A stretch of DNA of 63,111 nucleotides from an uncultured Planctomycetia bacterium (GCA_964437495.1 CAYTGV010000012.1:1-63111); one strand, 5' to 3'; shown: positions 47,608-59,048, counted from the first letter of the stretch. Numbers and translations: made by a program. The notes: a model not told the origin generated them from the sequence alone.

Positions 47608-48948
47608 TTAAACTACTCCCTGATCAAGCATTGCGTCAGCAACTTTCACAAATCCAGCGATATTTGCACCCTTAACATAGTCAATATATTTTCCATCTTT
47701 ACCGTATTTTACACACTGCTTATGAATAGCCAGCATTATACTATGTAATTTCTCGTCAACTTCTTCACTGGTCCATGAGAGCCTTTGGCTATTCTGAGAC
47801 ATCTCAAGGCCTGAGGTTGCCACTCCCCCGGCATTAGCAGCTTTTCCAGGTCCATAACAGATCTTCGCCTTTTGAAATACTCTTACCCCGTCCGGAGTAG
47901 TCGGCATATTTGCACCTTCTCCAACAGCAATACACCCGTTTTTAACAAGTGTCTTTGCATCTGCCTCATTGATTTCATTCTGAGTAGCAGAAGGAAAGGC
48001 AACATCGCATTTTACGCCCCAAGGACGTTTTCCTTCAACATATTTACATCCATACTTTTTAGCATATTCTTTAATTCTGCCGCGTTTTACATTTTTCAAT
48101 TCCATGACATAAGCCAGCTTCTTAGCGTCTATGCCTTTAGGATCATGAATAAAACCGCTTGAATCAGATAATGTAACGCATTTTCCGCCAAACTGATTCA
48201 CTTTTTGCACTGTATATTGAGCAACATTTCCTGAACCGGAGACTGTACAAACTTTACCTTTTAAAAAGTCCCCTTTTTCATTTAACATCGCCTCTGTAAA
48301 ATAAACACATCCATAACCAGTAGCCTCAGGTCTGATCAGGCTTCCGCCCCAATTAAGCCCTTTTCCGGTTAAGACCCCGGTAAATTCATTGCGCAATCTC
48401 TTATACTGACCAAACATAAAACCTATCTCACGTGCGCCTGTGCCGATATCGCCCGCAGGAACATCTGTATCAGGGCCGATATGTCTTTGTAATTCAGTCA
48501 TGAAACTCTGACAAAATCTCATTACCTCATTATCAGACTTTCCTTTTGGATCAAAATCAGATCCTCCTTTACCGCCGCCCATAGGTAAAGTGGTTAGGCT
48601 ATTTTTTAAAACCTGTTCAAAGGCAAGAAATTTTAAAATCCCTAAACGAACCGTAGGATGCAATCTTAGGCCGCCCTTATAAGGGCCAATAGCACTGTTC
48701 ATTTCAATTCTAAAACCGCGATTTACCTGAACTTCACCTTTATTATCAGTCCATGGCACGCGAAACATAATTACTCTTTCCGGCTCAACTATTCTTTCTA
48801 AGATTTTAGCCTTAGAATATTTAGGATTCTTTTCAATAAAAGGCATTATGCTCTCAACTACCTCGAGAACTGCCTGATGAAATTCACTTTCACCTGGATT
48901 TTTTTCAATAAGCTTATCCATAAACTGTTTTACTTTTGCATTAGCCAT
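47608..48948 (-). CDS. gdhA: NADP-specific glutamate dehydrogenase
   Basis: 446 aa; LPMGGGKGGSDFDPKGKS Glu/Leu/Phe/Val dehydrogenase active-site motif, GSGNVAQY Rossmann motif. Confidence 0.95.
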   Translation of the reverse strand: MANAKVKQFMDKLIEKNPGESEFHQAVLEVVESIMPFIEKNPKYSKAKILERIVEPERVIMFRVPWTDNKGEVQVNRGFRIEMNSAIGPYKGGLRLHPTVRLGILKFLAFEQVLKNSLTTLPMGGGKGGSDFDPKGKSDNEVMRFCQSFMTELQRHIGPDTDVPAGDIGTGAREIGFMFGQYKRLRNEFTGVLTGKGLNWGGSLIRPEATGYGCVYFTEAMLNEKGDFLKGKVCTVSGSGNVAQYTVQKVNQFGGKCVTLSDSSGFIHDPKGIDAKKLAYVMELKNVKRGRIKEYAKKYGCKYVEGKRPWGVKCDVAFPSATQNEINEADAKTLVKNGCIAVGEGANMPTTPDGVRVFQKAKICYGPGKAANAGGVATSGLEMSQNSQRLSWTSEEVDEKLHSIMLAIHKQCVKYGKDGKYIDYVKGANIAGFVKVADAMLDQGVV

Positions 48949-48982
48949 TTTTCCTCCTTTATTGGTTTTGGCCTATTATAAT

Positions 48983-49016
48983 AAAAAAAGCATTCCCCTC
49001 CGTGAAGTGGGAACGC
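48983..49016 (-). terminator. Rho-independent terminator after the icd-like gene
   Basis: Minus strand GCGTTCCC-(11 nt)-GGGAATGC followed by TTTTTTT. Confidence 0.7.
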
Positions 49017-49100
49017 CTTTGTTCCTTCCATAATTAATCAGCACAAACAATGTACTCTAATAGAAACTATCAAAACCAGGCTATATTGTCAAGCAGAAAC

Positions 49101-50336
49101 TTACTTTTCATTGCCAGACTCTTTTACCCCCTGCTCCCAGCGCGATATAAGCTGGGGATTATCTATCCAGGACAATACATAGTTGGTATATTCTTCTCCG
49201 GTATCACCAGTATCTCTTCCGGTAATTATCATCTTCTTTTCAAATTGACCGCAAACATCTAATGCCATTTCTACTTTTTTGGCCTGGTCATTAAAGCCAA
49301 TATGCCTAAGCAGCATTGCACTTGCCCGAATCATAGAGCAAGGATCAGCAAATTTGGCCCTGCCTTCTTTAACCATACGAGGAGCACTTCCGTGTATTGC
49401 TTCAAACATCGACCATTTATTTCCAATATTTGCACTACCTGCAGTACCTACCCCGCCCTGAAGCTGCGCAGCCTCATCAGTTAAGATGTCGCCATAAAGA
49501 TTAGGAAGCACCATTACTTTGAAATCTCTGCGGCGGGCAGGATCAAGCAGCTTTGCAGTCATAATATCAATATACCATTCGTCTAATTTAATTTGCGGAT
49601 AATCCTTGGCAATACGAAAAGCTACTTTTGAAAAACGCCCATCTGTAGTCTTAACGACATTGGACTTAGTAATTACAGTTACTCTGTTAATATTATTTTT
49701 TTTTGCGTACTCAAAAGCCATGCGTATAATGCGCTCAGCCCCCTGTTCAGTAATCACCTTAAAATCTATGCTTATATCCTCAGAGGCCTCAACTCCTCTT
49801 GAGCCCAAAACATATGCCCCCTCTGTATTCTCACGAAAGAAGCACCAATCAATGCCTTCTTGGGGGATCTGTACCGGTCTTACATTGGCAAACAGGTCAA
49901 GGTAGCGGCGCATAGCTACATTAGCACTTTCGATATTCGGCCACTGATCTCCGGCCTGAGGAGTTGTTGTCGGACCCTTAAGAATTACATGGCATGATTT
50001 TAATTCCTGCAAAACATCATCTGGTATGGCTTTTTTATACTTGGCCCTGTTCTCAATAGTTAATCCGGCTATATCTTTGAACTGTATTTTACCTTTCGCT
50101 ACTTCTTCTTTTAAGATATACTCAAGCGCCCTCTGGGCATGCTTAGAAATAATCTCACCAATCCCGTCTCCCCAACAAACACCAATAATAATCGGCGATA
50201 AAGACGCATAATCCAAAGTCAAAACCGGTTTTTTCATCTCCTCGACTCGTTTGAGCTGCTCTTCAATTATTATAGAAAATTTTTCTTTTGCAATATCTAC
50301 CATCTCTTTTGACATTTTTTTTACCTCCAAAGCCAT
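49101..50336 (-). CDS. Isocitrate/isopropylmalate dehydrogenase family protein (probable isocitrate dehydrogenase)
   Basis: 411 aa; NLYGDILTDEAAQLQGGVGTAGSANIG signature. The length and N-terminal extension fit IDH-type members, but the substrate is not provable by eye. Confidence 0.75.
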   Translation of the reverse strand: MALEVKKMSKEMVDIAKEKFSIIIEEQLKRVEEMKKPVLTLDYASLSPIIIGVCWGDGIGEIISKHAQRALEYILKEEVAKGKIQFKDIAGLTIENRAKYKKAIPDDVLQELKSCHVILKGPTTTPQAGDQWPNIESANVAMRRYLDLFANVRPVQIPQEGIDWCFFRENTEGAYVLGSRGVEASEDISIDFKVITEQGAERIIRMAFEYAKKNNINRVTVITKSNVVKTTDGRFSKVAFRIAKDYPQIKLDEWYIDIMTAKLLDPARRRDFKVMVLPNLYGDILTDEAAQLQGGVGTAGSANIGNKWSMFEAIHGSAPRMVKEGRAKFADPCSMIRASAMLLRHIGFNDQAKKVEMALDVCGQFEKKMIITGRDTGDTGEEYTNYVLSWIDNPQLISRWEQGVKESGNEK

Positions 50337-50344
50337 TTATATTC

Positions 50345-51436
<1,092 letters not shown>

Positions 51437-51637
51437 TTATTTAACCTTTAAATTTAACTTTTTATTATTCTATTTAAAATTCTTTTCTGGAAAGCTGGCA
51501 AACAAAAACCAATAACCGCATAAACAATTATAGATGTAATTTTAAAATGAAACAGCTATTTTAATCTAATATCCCTAATTCCATTGCCTGATTTAACAAA
51601 GGCGCCATTATCACATCCGGTGAAATCAACTTAAGGC

Positions 51638-53035
51638 TTACCACTTGCCGGTTTTCAAATATTCATCGATTGCAAAAGCAGCGATTTTTCCCGCTCCCAT
51701 AGCTGAAATCACCGTAGCCGCACCGGTAGCAATATCGCCTCCGGCAAATACAGCTTTTTTGCTTGTTTTTCCGGTCTTCTCGCTAATTACTATATTTCCT
51801 TTTTTGCCTATTTCAATCCCTGGAGTAGTAGCAGAGATTAAAGGATTGGGGCTATTTCCTATAGCAACAACAACCGCATCCACAGGGATTCTAAAGTTCG
51901 CCCCCTCTATCTGAACCGGCCTTCTCCGGCCTGATGCATCCGGCTCTCCTAATTCCATACGCAGGCATTCCATCTCTTTTACCCAGCCATTATCATCTGC
52001 ATGATAGGCAATAGGTAAGGTCAAAAAATTAAAAACAACTCCCTCTTCTTCGGCATGACGGATATCTTCTAATCTTGCCGGCATCTCTGTTTTTGACCTT
52101 CTGTATATAATCATCGCCTTTTGGGCCCCGAGACGAAGTGCGGTTCTAACCGAATCCATCGCTACATTACCCCCTCCAATAACAGCCACCTGTTTACCCC
52201 TAATAATCGGAGTATCATATTCAGGAAATTTATAGGCACTCATCAGATTTGTCCTAGTTAAATACTCATTTGCTGAATAGATGCCATTAGAGTTCTCTCC
52301 CGGGAGCCCTAAGAACCAAGGCAATCCCGCCCCAGTGCCAATAAAAACAGCATCAAATTCCTCCAAAAGTTCATCAACTGTTTTTAATTTACCGGCAACA
52401 AAAGAGGTAATAATTTCTACTCCCAGAGAATGAATATATTCTGTTTCTCGCTCAACAATACTATTGGGCAATCTAAACTCAGGGATTCCATAAACAAGCA
52501 CCCCCCCCATCTTATGCAATGCTTCAAATATCGTCACTTTATGCCCCAGTTTTACCAGCTCTCCAGCACAAGTAAGTCCTGCGGGGCCGCTTCCGATACA
52601 GGCAACTTTTTTACCAGTAGACTTTGCTATTTGAGGAATCTCCATCTTCCCCTGCTTAACTTCCCAATCTGCAATAAAACGCTCCAATTTTCCAATAGCT
52701 ATAGGCTCGCCCATTTTTGATAATACACATACTTTCTGACATTGTTCTTCCTGCGGGCACACCCTGCCGCAAATTGCCGGAAGCGCATTTTTCTCTTTCA
52801 TTTTTCTTATAGCGGCACGAAAATCCCTTTTTGCAATCAAGTCAATAAATCCGGGAATATCTATACCTACAGGACAACCTGCTACGCAAAATGGTTTCTT
52901 GCATTGTAGGCATCTTTTGGCTTCCAGTACTGCTTCCTCTTCGGAATAACCAAATGGGACCTCTAGAAAGTTTTTAATCCTTTCAGCCGGAGATTGTTCG
53001 CCCATTTGTATTTGTTTTTTGCTTAAATCTGCCAT
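51638..53035 (-). CDS. NADPH-dependent glutamate-synthase-small-chain-like oxidoreductase (NfnB/SudA type)
   Basis: 465 aa; N-terminal Cys clusters (CLQCKKPFCVAGCP, CGRVCPQEEQC), two dinucleotide folds (IGSGPAG, VIGGGNVAMD). Confidence 0.85.
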   Translation of the reverse strand: MADLSKKQIQMGEQSPAERIKNFLEVPFGYSEEEAVLEAKRCLQCKKPFCVAGCPVGIDIPGFIDLIAKRDFRAAIRKMKEKNALPAICGRVCPQEEQCQKVCVLSKMGEPIAIGKLERFIADWEVKQGKMEIPQIAKSTGKKVACIGSGPAGLTCAGELVKLGHKVTIFEALHKMGGVLVYGIPEFRLPNSIVERETEYIHSLGVEIITSFVAGKLKTVDELLEEFDAVFIGTGAGLPWFLGLPGENSNGIYSANEYLTRTNLMSAYKFPEYDTPIIRGKQVAVIGGGNVAMDSVRTALRLGAQKAMIIYRRSKTEMPARLEDIRHAEEEGVVFNFLTLPIAYHADDNGWVKEMECLRMELGEPDASGRRRPVQIEGANFRIPVDAVVVAIGNSPNPLISATTPGIEIGKKGNIVISEKTGKTSKKAVFAGGDIATGAATVISAMGAGKIAAFAIDEYLKTGKW

Positions 53036-53053
53036 TATTTTTATCTTTCTTTT

Positions 53054-53893
53054 TCAAGCTGTTGCTTTATCTATTTTCTCCTGAAGCTTACACATAGATT
53101 TTTTTTCATGTTCTATGAATCTCTTTTGCCTGGCCATCAGCTCTTTAAAATCAACCTGATGCCCGTCAAAATTAGGGCCGTCAACACAGGTAAACTTAGT
53201 TTCACCATTTATTGTAGCCCGGCAGCAGCCGCACATTCCTGTGCCGTCGATCATTATGGAATTAAGACATACTAATGTCTTAATCTTGAATCCCCTAGTA
53301 ACCTCAGAAACTGCCATCATCATCGGCAGCGGCCCAACACAAAACACAAGCCCGTAATCTATACTTTTCTCAAGCAGTTGCTTTAGAGGATCAGTGACTA
53401 AGCCCTTCTCTCCCAGGGAGCCGTCATCTGTTGTAATATACAAATCATCTGATGCCTTCTCTATCTGCTCCTTTAAAATTACCAATTCAGCCGTACGACC
53501 TCCTAATATTGAAGTAACCCTGCATCCGGCATTTTTTAATGCCCCGGCTATGGGCAGAAGTTCCGCGATACCTACCCCCCCGCCCAAAACAATGACATTC
53601 CCATAGTTTTTTATAGGTGTTGGTTCGCCTAAAGGCCCGACCAGAGAGTAAAGAGACTCTCCCGCTTCCATAGCCCCTAATAATTTTGTCGTGTAGCCTA
53701 CTTCTTGAAAAATAATCGTGATAGTTTTTTGCTCTTTATCTGCTCTAACAATCGTGAGCGGAATCCGTTCTCCTTTTTCATTAACCATAAGAACAATAAA
53801 CTGTCCCGGCAATGCCTTTTCAGCGATAAGCGGTGAGTCGATGATAAACTTAGTTAAATTTTCTGCTATCTTTTCTTTTGCAATAATTTTCAT
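53054..53893 (-). CDS. Ferredoxin-NADP+ reductase-like FAD/NAD-binding subunit with a 2Fe-2S motif (NfnA/SudB type)
   Basis: 279 aa; RIPLTIV FAD-binding motif, GGGVGIA, C-terminal CGCCR...C cluster; immediately upstream of the NfnB-like gene. Confidence 0.85.
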   Translation of the reverse strand: MKIIAKEKIAENLTKFIIDSPLIAEKALPGQFIVLMVNEKGERIPLTIVRADKEQKTITIIFQEVGYTTKLLGAMEAGESLYSLVGPLGEPTPIKNYGNVIVLGGGVGIAELLPIAGALKNAGCRVTSILGGRTAELVILKEQIEKASDDLYITTDDGSLGEKGLVTDPLKQLLEKSIDYGLVFCVGPLPMMMAVSEVTRGFKIKTLVCLNSIMIDGTGMCGCCRATINGETKFTCVDGPNFDGHQVDFKELMARQKRFIEHEKKSMCKLQEKIDKATA

Positions 53894-53923
53894 TTTTCAC
53901 CCATTATCTTGAGTTATCCAAAC

Positions 53924-53968
53924 CATAAAAAAATAAAGACATTCTCCTTCCATGAGAAGAACGTCTTT
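53924..53968 (-). terminator. Probable terminator upstream of the nfnA-like gene
   Basis: Minus strand AAAGACGTTCTTCTC-ATGGAAG-GAGAATGTCTTT (imperfect stem) followed by ATTTTTTT. Confidence 0.5.
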
Positions 53969-54073
53969 GTCCTAATATTCAAATTGCTATACACCATTGT
54001 ATAGTAATAAAGAAATTATCATTTCCATGAAAAATTGTCAAGGGAAAAAACGCTCGAAAATCACGTATTATCG

Positions 54074-54286
54074 TCAATCAAGACCAAGCGGATTGGTGAT
54101 ATTTCTATGCAGAGAGCCATCATATGTATGAACTTCTCCCTCAAATTCACGCATATGTATCTTTTGTTTAAATTTTTTATCAAGAAATATTGCTCCAAGG
54201 ATAATGATGAACAATACTATTAAAAAAATCATCATCTCTTGTTTTTCTTTTCTTCTATATTCTTGTTTTTTTGTCTTACTATCCAT
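54074..54286 (-). CDS. Hypothetical single-TM small protein
   Basis: 70 aa; basic N-terminus then MMIFLIVLFIIILGAIFL. Confidence 0.5.
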   Translation of the reverse strand: MDSKTKKQEYRRKEKQEMMIFLIVLFIIILGAIFLDKKFKQKIHMREFEGEVHTYDGSLHRNITNPLGLD

Positions 54287-54312
54287 TGCAAAAGTTTGCC
54301 TAGAATAAATTT

Positions 54313-54768
54313 TTAAGGTCTGGGAGGCCTTAATCTTATCCTTTTTAAATTCCTATCAAGTTCTTGTGTTATTTGTTCAATAACATCAAAGGCCTGCTTG
54401 CGATTTCTCGCATCTTCCTTTTTTAGCTCTTTTTCTCTTGCCTGGGCTTCTTTATCAGCCTGATCATAAAGTATCAATAATTCACTGGCCAACTCTTGAC
54501 TCATAGCATCAGTCTCTTTCTGAGCAAGTGCTGCATCTGTAGCCATAATTCCCTCAGCTTCCAATCTCAATTCTTCCAGCTCAGCATTTGCTTTTTCAAT
54601 TTCAAGCGCAGCTCTTTGCTGGTCTCTTTGAGCTTCTTCTCTGGCAAATTGCTGCTCTGGGGCATATTGTATATCCTTAGACTTTTCCGTTGATCCTACT
54701 TGTGAGAACACGGTATTGGCGCTTAAAACAAAAAATATTAAAGCAAAAACTCTGAATATTTTTTTCAT
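54313..54768 (-). CDS. Secreted coiled-coil protein, paralogue B
   Basis: 151 aa; signal peptide MKKIFRVFALIFFVLSANTVFSQ; ALEIEKANAELEELRLEAEG parallels the upstream paralogue; ATGA overlap with it. Confidence 0.6.
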   Translation of the reverse strand: MKKIFRVFALIFFVLSANTVFSQVGSTEKSKDIQYAPEQQFAREEAQRDQQRAALEIEKANAELEELRLEAEGIMATDAALAQKETDAMSQELASELLILYDQADKEAQAREKELKKEDARNRKQAFDVIEQITQELDRNLKRIRLRPPRP

Positions 54769-55100
54769 TTGCCCTCCAAAGATTTTTCCCCCTCAATCGC
54801 CTCAGGAAACTTCTCTTTTTGGAATTCCTGAATAGCGCTATCCAGATCCTTTGCTGCCTGTTTTTCATCAACAAGCGCCTGCTCTTGAGCTTTTAACCGT
54901 ATTTCCTCAACTTCGGCATTTGTTTTTTCAAGCTCTGCATCAAATTCTTTATTAACCACATCGGCTTCCTGTCTGAAGCTTTCTGCATCCTTAGATATTA
55001 GAGTTCTTTTGTTGACTGTATCTGAGTTTTGCTGTGCAAACAAAAACACAGTATTAAACATCAGACAAACAAATAAAAACACCACAAGCAATGACCTCAT
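54765..55100 (-). CDS. Secreted coiled-coil protein, paralogue A
   Basis: Start reassigned to ATG at 55100 (MRSLLVVFLFVCLMFNTVFLFAQ), preceded by AAGGAGG at 7 nt; DAELEKTNAEVEEIRLKAQE. Confidence 0.6.
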   Translation of the reverse strand: MRSLLVVFLFVCLMFNTVFLFAQQNSDTVNKRTLISKDAESFRQEADVVNKEFDAELEKTNAEVEEIRLKAQEQALVDEKQAAKDLDSAIQEFQKEKFPEAIEGEKSLEGK

Positions 55101-55143
55101 ATTAAACCTCCTTAGCACTTTTATTATAGTGAATAATATTATT

Positions 55144-55701
55144 TCAGGCAATGATATCTTTTAAAATTCTGAACTTCTCTTTCTCTATGCTTAAAAACTC
55201 CAAAAAGACCTGTGCGGTTACCATGGCATCATCTAAAGCTCGATGATATTTTTCGCTGTTTATACCAAGCCTGCGCGCAACAGCTTCTAATTTATGCGAC
55301 CGATGGCTGGAAAACAAATACCTTGAGAGTTTAAGAGTATCTACACAGCAAGACCCCTCTTCCACATCAAAAGCATTGACTAAAAACGGCAGATCAAAAG
55401 ACTTTATATTATGACCGACCAATACACATCCTTTAGTAAATTCACGGAAATTGTTGCGTACCGTATTTAGAGACGGAGCATCACTAACCATGTCTATATC
55501 AATACCATGTACCCGTGTCGCATGATAGGGAATATAGTCTGTATATATTAAGGACTGAAACTGATCTTTTATCCTGCCGTTTTTCAACTTGATTGCCGCA
55601 ACTTCAACTACAGAATCCCTGTCACTTGAAAATCCAGTAGTCTCCAAATCCACAACCGCAAAACTTATATCCTTAAGACTGGTATTTAGTATTTTTTCCA
55701 T
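55144..55701 (-). CDS. DnaQ-like 3'-5' exonuclease (DEDDh family)
   Basis: 185 aa; FAVVDLETTG (ExoI), VGHNIKSFDLPFL (ExoII), HRALDDA (ExoIII). Confidence 0.85.
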   Translation of the reverse strand: MEKILNTSLKDISFAVVDLETTGFSSDRDSVVEVAAIKLKNGRIKDQFQSLIYTDYIPYHATRVHGIDIDMVSDAPSLNTVRNNFREFTKGCVLVGHNIKSFDLPFLVNAFDVEEGSCCVDTLKLSRYLFSSHRSHKLEAVARRLGINSEKYHRALDDAMVTAQVFLEFLSIEKEKFRILKDIIA

Positions 55702-56309
55702 ATTTTTTCAAAAAGTTTATTAAATTTTAAAATTTCCTCTTTCACATCGGACTTTGATACCACCGCTGAAATGGAACACAAGACATCAGCTCCAGCTCTA
55801 ATAACATCAGCGGCATTATCAAGAGTTATCCCGCCGATAGCTACAATCGGCAGGGATACTTCCGCTTTAATTTTTCTGATCAGGTCAAGGCCTAAAGCCG
55901 CTCCGGCATCACTTTTGGTTGTTGTAAGAAAAACCGGGCCTATGCCTAAATAGTCAGCTCCCTGTTTAAATGCAAGCTTAGCCTGATCAAGCGTACTAAC
56001 ACTTATACCTATCTTTCTATGTTCGCCTAATAGATGCCTGGCTTCTTCACAGCTTATATCGCCCTGCCCCAGATGTACTCCATCGGCATCAACCGCCAAT
56101 GCCACATCAATATGATCGTTTATGATAAACAATGCTTTTGATATCAGCTCCCTTAACTTAGCTGCTTCTTCGATCATTTTTTGAGTAGAAATATCCTTGG
56201 CTCTATACTGAATTACCTTTACGCCTGCATCTAAAGACCTACAAACATCAGAGATATTTCCCTTCAGGGATAGCCTATCATCAGTTATAAAATAATAACC
56301 CCTTAGCAT
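55686..56309 (-). CDS. thiE: Thiamine-phosphate synthase
   Basis: 207 aa; YFITD, DGVHLGQGD, IAIGGI motifs. Confidence 0.92.
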   Translation of the reverse strand: MLRGYYFITDDRLSLKGNISDVCRSLDAGVKVIQYRAKDISTQKMIEEAAKLRELISKALFIINDHIDVALAVDADGVHLGQGDISCEEARHLLGEHRKIGISVSTLDQAKLAFKQGADYLGIGPVFLTTTKSDAGAALGLDLIRKIKAEVSLPIVAIGGITLDNAADVIRAGADVLCSISAVVSKSDVKEEILKFNKLFEKIWKKY

Positions 56310-57091
56310 TCAATTTTTTGCCTTTCATCTACTATATCATTCTTAAGCGTAAAGATGCAGTCAAATAATTTTTCCTTAAAAGTCCCCGGCCCATTTGATT
56401 CTTCTGCCGCAATTTCTGCAGCAATCTCATAACAACAAAGTCCGGCGCTTATACCCTCAACCAGATCATCACTAATAGCAGCGAAAGTACCGATAACAGA
56501 AGCTGCCATACAGCCAGTGCCAACAACATTAGCCATCATCGCATGTCCATTGTTTATCTTAAAAACCTTTTTTGTATCAACAACTATATCAACCCCCCCG
56601 GTAATTACAACAACACAGCTTCTTTTTTCTGCTAATTGCCTGGCTATCACAGTCAGATCTGCATCAACATCTGTACTGTCAACTCCTTTAGTAGCGACAG
56701 CCATACCTGCAACACGAGCCACCTCAGAGGCATTACCCTTGATAATATCGATTCTACCAACCTCAAGCAATTCAAAAACTTTCTTATCGCGAAAACCAGT
56801 TGCTCCGGCACCGCAAACATCCAATACAATTGGTATGTTTTTTTTATTAGCACTTTTAACTGCCAGTTTCATTGCTTCGATAAAATCTGTTGTTAATGTC
56901 CCAATATTAAGCACCAGTGCCGAAGAAAGTGCAGTCATATCCGCAACCTCTTCAGGCGCATGGGCCATAACAGGTGATGCGCCGAATACCTTGACTATAT
57001 TTGCGCAGTCATATATCGTTACCCAGTTGGTTAAATGATGCACAAGCGGTTTTTGTTTACGGACTTTTTCCAAATAAAGAGATGCTTTCAT
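56303..57091 (-). CDS. thiM: Hydroxyethylthiazole kinase
   Basis: 262 aa; PLVHHLTNWVT, SPVMA, VLDVCGAGAT, GTGCM motifs. Confidence 0.92.
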   Translation of the reverse strand: MKASLYLEKVRKQKPLVHHLTNWVTIYDCANIVKVFGASPVMAHAPEEVADMTALSSALVLNIGTLTTDFIEAMKLAVKSANKKNIPIVLDVCGAGATGFRDKKVFELLEVGRIDIIKGNASEVARVAGMAVATKGVDSTDVDADLTVIARQLAEKRSCVVVITGGVDIVVDTKKVFKINNGHAMMANVVGTGCMAASVIGTFAAISDDLVEGISAGLCCYEIAAEIAAEESNGPGTFKEKLFDCIFTLKNDIVDERQKIEC

Positions 57092-57178
57092 TATTTTCCT
57101 TTATAATTTGTAATTATTAATCGGGAATCAGTAATAAATTATTAATCAGTATTAGAAAAATACTGCGGAGTTATAATT

Positions 57179-57706
57179 TTAAATACTAATTTCAACAATT
57201 AGAATAGGAGCAGAAGCTGAAGCAATTGATTCTTTTTCTACAGTTGTTTCTACCTCCTGGCCGCTTGCGTCTTTTTCAACAATAACTTCTTTCTTCAATA
57301 TCTTTGCCTCTATAACGCATGTATAACGGCCAGGTTTTACTAAAAAGTCGTTCATGTCCCTTCCGTCCCAGTCCACAGTAAAATCCCATCCCTTAACAAG
57401 GCCTTTATATTCCGGGGGAAGATCATCAATGATAAGCGGTAAAATAGTCACGCCAAGGTTTTCATTCACTTCGCTAATTTTCGCGGTTATTTCAGGCTCA
57501 TCAAAGGTCCCGGCTTTTGTCAGATACATGATTTGACCTTTTATTGTAACATTAGTATCAGTCTCCGGATCAAACATGGGTTTGCTTATATCAGAAACAG
57601 CCATCTTAAATATTTCAGTTTCCTGGGCAAAAAGCATTGTCCCGGAAAATAATATTAATAATACAAAGAAAAATACTAGCTTTATCCATTTAATCTTTAA
57701 ACTCAT
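57179..57706 (-). CDS. Hypothetical secreted protein (Ig-like WDGRD...G.Y segment)
   Basis: 175 aa; signal peptide. VDWDGRDMNDFLVKPGRYTC resembles FlgD-Ig-like folds, but this is a weak similarity. Confidence 0.5.
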   Translation of the reverse strand: MSLKIKWIKLVFFFVLLILFSGTMLFAQETEIFKMAVSDISKPMFDPETDTNVTIKGQIMYLTKAGTFDEPEITAKISEVNENLGVTILPLIIDDLPPEYKGLVKGWDFTVDWDGRDMNDFLVKPGRYTCVIEAKILKKEVIVEKDASGQEVETTVEKESIASASAPILIVEISI

Positions 57707-57784
57707 AGATCCTCCCCTTAATATGCCTGAAATAAATTCAGCTAGTTTAATGATATTTTCAAACTTTCTTAAACTTTATATTAT

Positions 57785-59044
57785 TTATTTAGTATGCCAA
57801 TCTATTGCCTTTGATCGACCAGTGCTGGGAACAGCTGGCCTTCGCATCAATGACTCATCAAAATGGAAAAGGGCAAGCTCCCCAACGTTTACATGCTGCG
57901 CAGTTACAGCGCCGAATATACTCACTAACCCACCGGAATTAAAGCTGGCATTAGGCGCGTAAAAAGTTCCCTCTACACTGCAAAGACCGATAATATTTAT
58001 CGATGTAGCTGAATCCAGTCCAAAAACAGCCAGATTGGCAGCATCTCCGCTGGAATTTTTAATCAAGCAACCTGCAGCTACCTCAAAAGTCTTGCCAACT
58101 ATAATATCAACGTCTGCGTCATTCAGCACCTTAACCGCACTGAGATGTTTAACATTAAAATCATTTTTTACATATATAGTAGCATCCGCGGTTATATTCA
58201 ATGTCGCTCCCCATTTGACCTCAATGTTATCATATTCTCCGCTGCTGCTGATTGTTTTTGTTTGTCCCCATGCAACAGTCAGTGTTCCCCTATCCGGTAA
58301 GCCAGTCGGCGCCTGTATACTCGGTGAGGGAGTTGGTTCAGTAGCAACCCGCTCTGTACCTGTTATTTGACCGAACACGTTATACTTTATAACATCAGCC
58401 GGGATTCCTCCGACTCCTACAACAACATCTCCCTTAACTAACACAAAATTACGTATATGTATAGCATCATCAGCTATTGAATCCGTACAAATATGCCCTT
58501 GATCCGATCTATTTGCTCCCCCATAAGCTCCCAAATCATCATCATAGCTGTCAATAAAGACGCCGACGGACAAATTTATATCGTTAAAGCCTGTAATCGC
58601 CTTTTCAAAAAGCGGTTCTCCTACAAGTGAAACCTGCACTGTTCTTTGTATTGATTCAGGCACTGTGAGATTCGGGATCCCAGCAACAGCCACTATAGTA
58701 AATATTTCGCTGCTCGGCTTTGATATAGTTACCTCATATTCACCAATCTGATTCCCCGCACTATCTGACAAAAAATCCTGCTTTGATTGCGTTACCGGAG
58801 AAACTGCTGAATCCAAAACCCAACCCTCTAAAGGATCATAATTTGCGCTATTATGTAAAATTTCCCAAATCCCGTATTCCAGCCCTGCTTCCGCCACATC
58901 TATAGCATTGATGCCGGCAATGAAACGCTCTGTATTTCTTGCTTCGGTAACAACCATGGCGATAAAACCGACGCTTAAAATAGCCAGTACACTAATCACT
59001 ATAAGCCCAAAAAAAAGAGCGCTGCCCTTATTGTTCATTTTCAT
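57785..59044 (-). CDS. PilX-like minor pseudopilin with a large C-terminal beta-rich domain
   Basis: 419 aa; N-terminal TM helix (SALFFGLIVISVLAILSVGF) without a canonical G/FTLxE site; last gene of the pseudopilin set. Confidence 0.65.
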   Translation of the reverse strand: MKMNNKGSALFFGLIVISVLAILSVGFIAMVVTEARNTERFIAGINAIDVAEAGLEYGIWEILHNSANYDPLEGWVLDSAVSPVTQSKQDFLSDSAGNQIGEYEVTISKPSSEIFTIVAVAGIPNLTVPESIQRTVQVSLVGEPLFEKAITGFNDINLSVGVFIDSYDDDLGAYGGANRSDQGHICTDSIADDAIHIRNFVLVKGDVVVGVGGIPADVIKYNVFGQITGTERVATEPTPSPSIQAPTGLPDRGTLTVAWGQTKTISSSGEYDNIEVKWGATLNITADATIYVKNDFNVKHLSAVKVLNDADVDIIVGKTFEVAAGCLIKNSSGDAANLAVFGLDSATSINIIGLCSVEGTFYAPNASFNSGGLVSIFGAVTAQHVNVGELALFHFDESLMRRPAVPSTGRSKAIDWHTK

Positions 59045-59048
59045 GTTT

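Noticed and set aside
57092-57178. TPP (THI-box) riboswitch upstream of thiM
   Set aside because: The leader is only 87 nt, very AT-rich, and lacks the conserved CUGAGA and ACCUGAUCUGGAUAAUGCCAGC elements.
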